NCBI GenBank assembly: GCA_002305675.1
Contig: DBQA01000007.1
Span: forward strand, 302,653 to 366,652
Length of the DNA: 64,000 nt
Direction: 5' to 3'
From: Patescibacteria group bacterium UBA1406
GTDB lineage: Bacteria > Patescibacteriota > Microgenomatia > UBA1406
In this document: positions 52,923-60,291 of the stretch, piece after piece
Numbering within the stretch: position 1 is the stretch's first letter
Layout of the letters: the number at the start of each line of letters is the position of its first letter
Program-made: the position numbers and the translations under genes
The notes under the pieces: model-generated
What the model was told of the DNA's origin: nothing
The model's input: only the letters and a program-made list of their open reading frames with translations
Databases searched by the model: none

Positions 52923-53501
52923 ATGTATTTATACAGTTACTATACAGAGCTTATGGGAAACAGAATGAATCAATCAAGAAAAAACGCGGGCGAGGTTTTG
53001 TATAAAACAAGACCGCTTGAGCAGGTGGTAAAAAAGCTGAAGAACGAATCTCAAGGTCAATATGAGGTTTTCAAGCTGTATTGCGAAGCGAATAGTTTAG
53101 TTGCACTACGAGCCAAGCTGGACACCGTTCCAATTAACGAACAAGCACCTCTCCTTACCAGGAGAGGTGGGTTACCATACCGCAGGACATTAGACCGCTG
53201 GAGTCGCAGGTTTCGCTGGGTCAAAAGGAAGGAAAAATGGACGAGAGAACAATGCAAAGAAATATACTCCTGGTTTACCGATCAGAGGCACAATAACCCC
53301 TCCTTTTTAATGACGGTAAAGTTACACCGAGGTTACACTAAGGCTACACCGAAAAACGGCGGTGAAGATATTCCAACGCTATTCCAAGACTATCCCAGAA
53401 ATGGCGGTAAAACTACTGCAACCCTACGGCAAAATGACGGCGGAAAAGGGATAAAAGGCGGACAAAAGAAGGATGAAAATAAGGAGGGAAAAAGCCTATG
53501 A
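52923..53501 (+). CDS. Hypothetical basic protein (possible DNA-binding)
   Basis: Arg/Lys/Trp-rich segment RRTLDRWSRRFRWVKRKEKW. The start could be ATG 52953 or 52965. Confidence 0.35.
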   Translation: MYLYSYYTELMGNRMNQSRKNAGEVLYKTRPLEQVVKKLKNESQGQYEVFKLYCEANSLVALRAKLDTVPINEQAPLLTRRGGLPYRRTLDRWSRRFRWVKRKEKWTREQCKEIYSWFTDQRHNNPSFLMTVKLHRGYTKATPKNGGEDIPTLFQDYPRNGGKTTATLRQNDGGKGIKGGQKKDENKEGKSL

Positions 53502-53568
53502 GAACAGGTATCTATTATTGTTTGATATTGCTCAAAAGTTCCTTTATGTTGTGTGTTGCAAAATTACT

Positions 53569-55182
53569 ATGAAAACTGTCCTACTCTGCCGAGTATCAAC
53601 TCCAGAACAAGAAGAAACGGGCTATTCTTTACCAGCCCAGGAGAAGCTATTGAGAGAGTATGCTCAAAAACACGATTATGGCATCAGTAAAATCTTCTTC
53701 ATTTCAGAGTCAGCTAGCGGGAAGAAGCAAAGAGAAGTCTTTAACTCCATGTTTAACTATGTCAATAAAAACAACATCAAAGCAATTATTGTCGAAAAGG
53801 CAGATAGATACACACGCAATCTTAGTGACTCTGTTGATCTTTACAATTGGTTGAATCAGGACGAAGAGAGACAACTCCATTCTGTAAAAGACTCCCTAGT
53901 TCTTCACAAAGACTCACGCTCTCAGGAAAAGCTGAATTGGGACATAAGGATTGTCTTTGCTAAAAATTACATAGATAACCTATCGGAAGAAGTAAAAAAG
54001 GGACAGACAGAGAAGCTAGCACAAGGCTGGCTACCCACTAAGCCACCAAATGGCTATAAAACCGTTGGAGAAACGGGGCACAAAATCCATGTTATTGACG
54101 AAACAAGAGCACCCCTCGTGAGGAAATTGTTTGAACTTTATGCTACTGGTGGTTATTCCATAAAAACACTGGCAAAAACGATCCATGAGGAAGGCTTACG
54201 CTCTCCCATGGGAAACAAGCTGGCAAACAGTCGTATCCATTCCTTGCTGCGCGATCCCTTTTACATTGGTAAAATGAGATGGAACGGCGAAATTTATGAC
54301 GGCAAACAAGAGCCGTTAATCAGCAAAGAGCTTTTTGATAAAGTCCAGGCACTACTTGTGAGCAAAACGACACCTAAATATATGAAGCACTCTTATCTTT
54401 TTCAGGGATTAATCCGCTGTGTTGAATGCGACGGCCTAATCACCTGGGAAACGCACCGAGGACACCACTACGGGCACTGCAATCATTATCACGCCTGCAC
54501 TCAGGAAGGTTGGGTTAAAGAACCAGAGGTTGAAGAACAGCTACTATCAGGCTTTGACGGATTGAAACTCAAAAACAGCCGCATAGTCGAATGGCTTAAG
54601 AAAGCACTCAAAGAAAGCCACCAGGACGAGATCGAATACCACAACAGCACCGTAGGCGAGCTACAAGCCCGCTACGAGGCTATTCAGAAGCGGATGGACA
54701 AATTATACGACGATAAGCTGGATGAAAAGATTGCTCTAGATTTCTACGATAGAAAGTTCAGGCAGTATTCCGATGAAAAGAATGAGATTACCGACAGCAT
54801 TAAGCGACATTCGACAGCAAGCACTGGATATTTGAAATTCGGCATAAATGTCTATGAGCTATCCCAAAGAGCAAAAGACATCTATCTGACAGCAAAGGGT
54901 AAAGGCATGTTGGAGGAACAACGCAACCTCATTAGACTAATATTCTCCAAGTTGGTGTTAGATGAGCGAAAATTAAGCTGGGAATACTCCAAAGCCTTCA
55001 AGATACTCTCCGAGGCAGTTAGCAAGACTAATTGTTCGAAAGTGGATAAAATCGACGATTTTGAAAATGGAAAATTCGAACATCGCAAAAAGAGCGATGT
55101 TACGGGACAAAAGGGCAATTTGTTGCCTGCTCGTCCCATCTGGCTCCCCCGCCAGGACTCGAACCTGGAACCTGCCGGTTAA
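53569..55182 (+). CDS. Large serine recombinase (phage-integrase type)
   Basis: The N-terminal resolvase domain has catalytic Ser in LLCRVSTPEQ. Also a recombinase domain, Cys/His cluster CVECDG...HCNHYHAC and a coiled-coil region. The last 42 nt overlap tRNA-Asn antisense. Confidence 0.85.
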   Translation: MKTVLLCRVSTPEQEETGYSLPAQEKLLREYAQKHDYGISKIFFISESASGKKQREVFNSMFNYVNKNNIKAIIVEKADRYTRNLSDSVDLYNWLNQDEERQLHSVKDSLVLHKDSRSQEKLNWDIRIVFAKNYIDNLSEEVKKGQTEKLAQGWLPTKPPNGYKTVGETGHKIHVIDETRAPLVRKLFELYATGGYSIKTLAKTIHEEGLRSPMGNKLANSRIHSLLRDPFYIGKMRWNGEIYDGKQEPLISKELFDKVQALLVSKTTPKYMKHSYLFQGLIRCVECDGLITWETHRGHHYGHCNHYHACTQEGWVKEPEVEEQLLSGFDGLKLKNSRIVEWLKKALKESHQDEIEYHNSTVGELQARYEAIQKRMDKLYDDKLDEKIALDFYDRKFRQYSDEKNEITDSIKRHSTASTGYLKFGINVYELSQRAKDIYLTAKGKGMLEEQRNLIRLIFSKLVLDERKLSWEYSKAFKILSEAVSKTNCSKVDKIDDFENGKFEHRKKSDVTGQKGNLLPARPIWLPRQDSNLEPAG

Positions 55183-55216
55183 CAGCCGGATGCTCTACCG
55201 ATTGAGCTACAGGGGA
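55141..55216 (-). tRNA. tRNA-Asn (anticodon GTT), CCA encoded
   Basis: Hand-folded: acceptor TCCCCTG/CGGGGGA, D arm GCTC-AATCGGTA-GAGC, anticodon loop CTGTTAA, T arm CCAGG-TTCGAGT-CCTGG, then GCCA. Confidence 0.85.
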
Positions 55217-55354
55217 AATATAAAGAAATTTTCAATTTTCAGTTCTCAATTTTCAATGAGAACGCAAACTTCACATTTTAAAAGAGCGAGCAGACGGTTT
55301 AATACATCATATCTTACCACAGAAATATGGGTTTTTGAATACGGGCTTGGCCGT

Positions 55355-55588
55355 TTACTTCCTCTTTTTGGCTAGCTTGGTTTCCTCCTTGCCGAAGGTC
55401 AGGAGATAGAATATCTCCAGGAGCCCGGCGGTGTTGATGACCAAAAGCGCGATGAACCAGTACTTCTGGTCTTTCCTGGCCGCTCTCCAGGTGGCCAGCC
55501 CCTTCCAGACCAGGCTCCACAACAGGAACAGCAGAAAACCCGGATGGTTAGGGTTGAGGGACTCGAAATACCTTTCTAATGCTTCCAT
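55355..55588 (-). CDS. Small two-helix membrane protein (DUF5652-like)
   Basis: FLLFLLWSLVWKGLATWRAARK...WFIALLVINTAGLLEIFYL pattern. Confidence 0.5.
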   Translation of the reverse strand: MEALERYFESLNPNHPGFLLFLLWSLVWKGLATWRAARKDQKYWFIALLVINTAGLLEIFYLLTFGKEETKLAKKRK

Positions 55589-55686
55589 AGGGTTATTTTA
55601 TCAGTTCCCAAGAAAAACAAGAGGCGCTTTTTACGGCCTCGCCGTTTATTGCGCCCCTTATTTTGTCATGATGAGGTGGCTAACTA

Positions 55687-55938
55687 TCATGCTCTTCTGA
55701 ACAGGCTCCCGATCCAGATTAGGGCAACAGCTCCTACCGTCGCCACCACAATGCTCCAGACATTAAGTCCGGTGACCCCGGGTGCCCCAAACAAATTCGC
55801 CAAAAAACCGCCGACGATGGCGCCGACGATACCCAGCACGATGTCCATTAACGGACCCTGTCTCTCATTAGTTTTCATTATTAGAGAAGCCAGCCACCCG
55901 GCCACTAAACCGACAATTATCCAGACTAAAATTGGCAT
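55687..55938 (-). CDS. GlsB/YeaQ/YmgE-family (transglycosylase-associated) membrane protein
   Basis: WIIVGLVAGWLASLI...DIVLGIVGAIVGGFL signature. 83 aa. Confidence 0.75.
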   Translation of the reverse strand: MPILVWIIVGLVAGWLASLIMKTNERQGPLMDIVLGIVGAIVGGFLANLFGAPGVTGLNVWSIVVATVGAVALIWIGSLFRRA

Positions 55939-56026
55939 GTGTTTCTCATCACCTTTCTAACAACGAGCGTACCAATGGATTGTGAAATCAAATCCAAGAA
56001 CCTGTAAGTATTGGGTAAGATGGGGG

Positions 56027-56626
56027 CTAAATAGCCTTCAGTTTCAGAAAATCCTCTTTCAGGACCTCTTTAATGGTGGCCCGGTAGATGGCGACTGCCG
56101 GATGGTAAAGAGGGATATATTTGGCCTTACCGTAAGGAAGGGCGGCCTCGAATACCAGGCCGTGGATCCTGGAGATGGAATCCAGTTTATCCGCCAGCCC
56201 GTAATTCTGCATGATGAAACCCATGGAAAAACGGCCGAGCGTGGCGATGACCTTGGGCCGGATGATCCCGATCTGCCTTCTGAGGAAAGGGGCATACAAC
56301 TCGAGCTCTGCCGGCTCCGGGTCGCGGTTCCCGGGCGGGCGGTCCTTGACGATATTGGTGATATATACTTCTTTCCGCTCTATACCCGTCGACTGCAGGA
56401 GTTCGTCCAATATCCGGCCCGCCGCTCCGCAAAAAGGCCGGCCGGTCTCGGCTTCGTTCCTCCCAGGCGCCTCCCCGATAAACATGATCTCGGCATGGTG
56501 GTTGCCTTCCCCGATAACCGGGAAATAGCCGTTTTTTTTGCGGTATTCGTAGAGGGGAGACTCGGTCAGGTGCAGAACTTCGTCCTTGATCTGCCTGAGT
56601 TTTTCGGTGCGGTCGTTTTGGGCCAT
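56027..56626 (-). CDS. Uracil-DNA glycosylase, family 4
   Basis: GEGNHHAEIMFIGEAPGRNEAETGRPFCGAAGRILDELL motif and a C-terminal HPA region. Confidence 0.8.
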   Translation of the reverse strand: MAQNDRTEKLRQIKDEVLHLTESPLYEYRKKNGYFPVIGEGNHHAEIMFIGEAPGRNEAETGRPFCGAAGRILDELLQSTGIERKEVYITNIVKDRPPGNRDPEPAELELYAPFLRRQIGIIRPKVIATLGRFSMGFIMQNYGLADKLDSISRIHGLVFEAALPYGKAKYIPLYHPAVAIYRATIKEVLKEDFLKLKAI

Positions 56627-56637
56627 GTGCTTGGAGC

Positions 56638-57870
56638 CTATCCGTTGAGGATCGAAACGAACTCATCAAAGGTGACGGTCCGGCTGTCCTGGGAATTTCT
56701 TTTTTTGACCTCTACATTGCTGCCCGTCCGTTTGGAAATAACAGTGCGGTAAGGGATGCCAATGAGATCGGCGTCGGCGAATTTCTCTCCGGCTGTAGCA
56801 TCCTCACGGTCGTCATACAGCACTTCCATATTCCGCTCTTTGAGCTTCCGGTAGACGGCCTCGGCCTTTGTTTTGACCTCCTGGTTAATCAGATCCAACC
56901 CGACCAGATGAACCCGGTAAGGGGCTATGGCCTCCGGCCAGATAACGCCGCGACTGTCGTGATGCGCCTCCACGGCCGCCGCCATGGAGCGGCCTATGCC
57001 AATGCCGTAGCAGCCCATATAATAGGGTTTTTCGCTGCCGTCCCTGTCGAAGAAGGTGGCACCCTTCATTTTCTCGGAGTAATAATAGCCCAACTGGAAG
57101 ATGTTACCCACTTCGATGCCGTTATTTTGGACCAGTTTTTTCTTGTCCAGATGTTTTTTGGGCAAAACGTCCTCGTGGATATGCTCCTGTCCGTCACCCG
57201 TTGTGAAAAACTTGCTCTCTCCTACTTCCGATTCCACCACGAACTCATGGCAATAGTCTCCTCCGATATAACCGTTGTCCGCCTCCACCACCAGGGTTTT
57301 CAAACCCATCCGCTTGAAGATCTTCAGGTAAGTATCCCACATGGTGCGGTAAGTATCTTTGAAGGCGGTGGCATCCACATCAAAGGAATAGGCATCCTTC
57401 ATTAAAAACTCCCGGACTCTCAATAATCCCCCCCGGGCCCTGAGCTCGTCCCGGAACTTGGTGGAAAACTGGTAGATATTGAAAGGCAGATCCTTATAGC
57501 TCAGTTGGAATTTCCGGACCACGTCCACAAACATCTCTTCGGCCGTGCCTCCCAGGGCAAACTCCGCTTTCCGGCGGTCCTTAACTTTCATGAGCTCAAA
57601 ACCGGTGGTTTGGGTGCGGTTGGTTTCCTCCCATAGTTCCAGGGGGTGAAGTACCGGTGACAGCATCTCCTGGGCTCCGGTCGCGTCCATTTCCTCCTTG
57701 ATGATCTTGATGATCTTTTGTTGTACTCTAAGCCCCAAAGGCAGAATGAAATACCGTCCGGCCGTTGACTCGCGGACAAAGCCGCCCCGGTGGAGCAGTT
57801 TGTGTGAAGCAAAACTGGCATCGGTCGGATCCTGCTTGATCGTTTTACCAAAAAGTTTTGAGTATCGCAT
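56638..57870 (-). CDS. proS: Prolyl-tRNA synthetase (short form lacking the INS editing domain)
   Basis: Class II motifs: FRDELRARGGLLRVREFLMKDAYSF (motif 2), GCYGIGIGR (motif 3) and an anticodon-binding domain. Only about 40 aa occupy the site where bacterial INS normally sits. Confidence 0.8.
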   Translation of the reverse strand: MRYSKLFGKTIKQDPTDASFASHKLLHRGGFVRESTAGRYFILPLGLRVQQKIIKIIKEEMDATGAQEMLSPVLHPLELWEETNRTQTTGFELMKVKDRRKAEFALGGTAEEMFVDVVRKFQLSYKDLPFNIYQFSTKFRDELRARGGLLRVREFLMKDAYSFDVDATAFKDTYRTMWDTYLKIFKRMGLKTLVVEADNGYIGGDYCHEFVVESEVGESKFFTTGDGQEHIHEDVLPKKHLDKKKLVQNNGIEVGNIFQLGYYYSEKMKGATFFDRDGSEKPYYMGCYGIGIGRSMAAAVEAHHDSRGVIWPEAIAPYRVHLVGLDLINQEVKTKAEAVYRKLKERNMEVLYDDREDATAGEKFADADLIGIPYRTVISKRTGSNVEVKKRNSQDSRTVTFDEFVSILNG

Positions 57871-57878
57871 AAAGGGTA

Positions 57879-59120
57879 TTATAGCGAAATTTCCAAAACC
57901 GGGAGGTTGAAACGGGCAGTCCTTTCATGGAGGGCATGTCCCCTGTCCTTCTGCCGCCACAGCTTAGAGCCGAAGTCCACCTTGGTCTTCTCCATGGCCG
58001 CATACACTTTGCCGGCCTTTTCGTTCCGGGTAGGAGAAAAGGATTCGAACAGGCTGCCTTGCTCGGTCGCCGTCTCGGAAAGCTCCACCAGGACGCAACC
58101 CGTCGCCCGGTACTCCTCCCCCTGCTTAAATATCTTTTCAAAAGCCTCCCTGACCTTCTGCTTAAAGAGCATGGGATATTTTTGCCTGCTGGTAAAAGTT
58201 ATTTCCGCCGCCCGGAAGCGGAAATGCTGGGTCTTCAGGAAAACGGCCATCTTTTTGACCCAATATCCGTAGCGACGCGCTTTGGCAAAGGCCTCCTCCA
58301 CGTTCTTGGAAAGTTCAGCCCAGACGAAATCCATATCCGTCGACGGAGGGGCGAAGGTGCGGGTTCTCTGCATGGACTTGTACTCGTTCTTGGCGGCGGG
58401 GTTAATCAGGTAAACGGGCTTTCCCCTCAGTTCCTGCCAGATCTCGAAATGGGGTTTGGTCAGGCGGCTCCGGATAAAGGCTTCGTCTTTTTGGGCAAAA
58501 CCGAGCGCTGTTTTGATGCCAAGCTTATGTAAATAGGCGGAGGTGGCCGGGCCAATACCCCACACCTCCTGCACCGGGATGCCGGACAGGAATTCCTCGA
58601 TTCTTTTGCCCGGTACGACCGTGACTCCCATCGGTTTTTTAGCCCCGCTCGCGAGTTTGGCGAGGCTTTTGGTCAAAGAGATCCCTACGGACACCGGGAT
58701 CCCGAGCTCGCTGTGAATGGCCTGCCGGATACGGCGGGCGATCTCTTCGTAACTGCCGTTCAGGGGGCGGCGCAGGCCGGCGAGGTCGGCAAACCCCTCG
58801 TCTATCGAATACTCTTCCACCACCGGCGAGAAGCGGCGGAGGATCTTGAACATCTTTTGGGAGAAGAGCGAAAAAAGTTCATAGTCGCCGGGCAGGAAGA
58901 CGGCCTTTGGGCAAAGCTTCTTGATCTCAAAGCCCCGCATCCCCCGCTTGACGCCGTAAGCCTTGGCTTCGTAGGAGATGGCGGTGGCGATGCCCCGTTC
59001 GGCCCCGATGACCACGGGCCGCCCCTTCAGTTCTGGGGTAACCGCCTGCATTACGGACGCGAAAAAGGCGTTGCCGTCCAGGTGCAGGAGGACGGTCGGG
59101 AAACTATGGACCTGGAACAT
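57879..59120 (-). CDS. Y-family DNA polymerase (UmuC/DinB-like)
   Basis: LHLDGNAFFASV (UmuC-like D-x-N-x-F-x-AS), SIDEGFADL catalytic motif and GIGP helix-hairpin-helix region. Confidence 0.8.
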   Translation of the reverse strand: MFQVHSFPTVLLHLDGNAFFASVMQAVTPELKGRPVVIGAERGIATAISYEAKAYGVKRGMRGFEIKKLCPKAVFLPGDYELFSLFSQKMFKILRRFSPVVEEYSIDEGFADLAGLRRPLNGSYEEIARRIRQAIHSELGIPVSVGISLTKSLAKLASGAKKPMGVTVVPGKRIEEFLSGIPVQEVWGIGPATSAYLHKLGIKTALGFAQKDEAFIRSRLTKPHFEIWQELRGKPVYLINPAAKNEYKSMQRTRTFAPPSTDMDFVWAELSKNVEEAFAKARRYGYWVKKMAVFLKTQHFRFRAAEITFTSRQKYPMLFKQKVREAFEKIFKQGEEYRATGCVLVELSETATEQGSLFESFSPTRNEKAGKVYAAMEKTKVDFGSKLWRQKDRGHALHERTARFNLPVLEISL

Positions 59121-59121
59121 G

Positions 59122-59697
59122 TCAGTACTTCCTGATAACTGCCTTGACCACGCCGTGGATGTTCAGTTCGTTTTTGGGAACAATGGGCTTGTATCTTTTA
59201 TTGGCAGGCAGCAGGGTGATTAAGCGCCCCTTTTTTTCCAAAATTTTCAGCGTCCACTCCCCGTCCACCTGCGCCAGGACCACCTGGCCGCTTTTGGCTT
59301 CGGAGACGCGCTCGATGAGAACGATATCCTTGGGCATGATGCCGAGGTCCTTGAGGGAGTCGCCGCTTACTTTTAAAAGGAAGGTGCGGTCCGGATTTTC
59401 CACGAGGTATTCTTCCAGAGAGAGAGGGTCCGCGTTCTCGTCCGGGGTGGGCACGGGAAAGCCGGCCGGCACCTCACCGTAAAGGTTGAGGGAGAAAAAC
59501 GCATCGGTCGGCGAGAGTTTTGTGCCCTTATCCCTTTTCAGGAAACCTCCGGCCACCAGTTTGTCCATGACCCTGAAGACGGCATTCTTGGAAGAGAACT
59601 TCCACAGGTTCAGAAGCTCCGAATAGCTCGGCAGCCGGTTGTGCCGGCGGTGGAAGTTTTTCAGGGACTGGAGCTTTTCCGTGATTGGTTTCTGCAT
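59122..59697 (-). CDS. lexA: LexA-like repressor / S24 peptidase
   Basis: N-terminal wHTH. Ala-Gly cleavage site context GEVPAGFP. Ser (SGDSL) and Lys (WTLKIL) catalytic dyad. The stop is 1 nt before the polymerase gene. Confidence 0.75.
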   Translation of the reverse strand: MQKPITEKLQSLKNFHRRHNRLPSYSELLNLWKFSSKNAVFRVMDKLVAGGFLKRDKGTKLSPTDAFFSLNLYGEVPAGFPVPTPDENADPLSLEEYLVENPDRTFLLKVSGDSLKDLGIMPKDIVLIERVSEAKSGQVVLAQVDGEWTLKILEKKGRLITLLPANKRYKPIVPKNELNIHGVVKAVIRKY

Positions 59698-59705
59698 ATG
59701 CCCCC

Positions 59706-59734
59706 ATTATAGTGAACGAATGTTCACTTGTCAA
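59706..59734 (-). promoter_or_regulatory. Consensus promoter with embedded SOS (Cheo-type) box for lexA
   Basis: Minus strand reads TTGACA-agtGAACattcGTTCac-TATAAT. The spacer is 17 nt and contains the palindrome GTGAAC-N4-GTTCAC (59712-59727). ATG lies 8 nt after the -10. Confidence 0.75.
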
Positions 59735-60245
59735 GTCTGGTGGCGAGGTACTCTTGGAGAGCCTGCTTGACACCGGCGAAGGCGATACGGTGAAAAGGGA
59801 TCTCGGAAGGCGGGAAAAACCTGATCTCGCTGATGTCGTCCTGGGGGGTCAGACTGTCTGTATCGACGGTAGCCACAAAAATGGCGCCGATGGTGTAGTA
59901 ATAAACTTTCCGGTACAGATAGATATCGTTGTATGAGCGGAAGTAGGTCAGGGAGAGAGGTTCTGCCCCAAGCTCCTCCTCCATCTCCCGCCGCATCGAC
60001 TCCTCGAGCGTCTCCTCCGGGGAAACGAACCCGCCCACCACGTCCCAGTAGTCCTTCTTGGGGGCGATCCGGCGCCTCACCAAAAGCACCTCTCCCTGCC
60101 GGTTCTCAATGATGGCCCCGTTGCAGAGATGGGGGTTGATGTACAGGTGGAAGCCGCATTTGGAGCAGGAGAGAAAAAAGCGGGATTGCTTGACAAGCCC
60201 GCCCCCGCACCTGGGACAGAATTTGAAGGCCTTGTCCTCGAACAT
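59724..60245 (-). CDS. NUDIX hydrolase with N-terminal zinc ribbon (NudC-like)
   Basis: CPRCGG...CSKCG zinc ribbon and Nudix box GGFVSPEETLEESMRREMEEELG. Start set at MFEDKAF (ATG 60245) to clear the divergent GT2 gene. Confidence 0.7.
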   Translation of the reverse strand: MFEDKAFKFCPRCGGGLVKQSRFFLSCSKCGFHLYINPHLCNGAIIENRQGEVLLVRRRIAPKKDYWDVVGGFVSPEETLEESMRREMEEELGAEPLSLTYFRSYNDIYLYRKVYYYTIGAIFVATVDTDSLTPQDDISEIRFFPPSEIPFHRIAFAGVKQALQEYLATRLDK

Positions 60246-60291
60246 AGGGCCATTATACCCTTTTTGGGCCGTCTTTGAGTATAATAGGGGT

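Larger units (their letters stand above)
29117..55216. mobile_element. AT-rich composite genomic island abutting tRNA-Asn, with a large serine recombinase at the right end
   Basis: Composition drops visibly near 29.1-29.2 kb and recovers near 55.3 kb. The right edge is a recombinase next to tRNA-Asn. Cargo is accessory-type modules. The left boundary is not resolved. Confidence 0.5.

Noticed and set aside
55982-56752. 256-aa plus-strand ORF, plus minus-strand alternates 56059-56295 and 56187-56669.
   Set aside because: They overlap the UDG family-4 gene (56027-56626), which has a diagnostic motif. The alternates are Arg/Pro-rich shadow frames.
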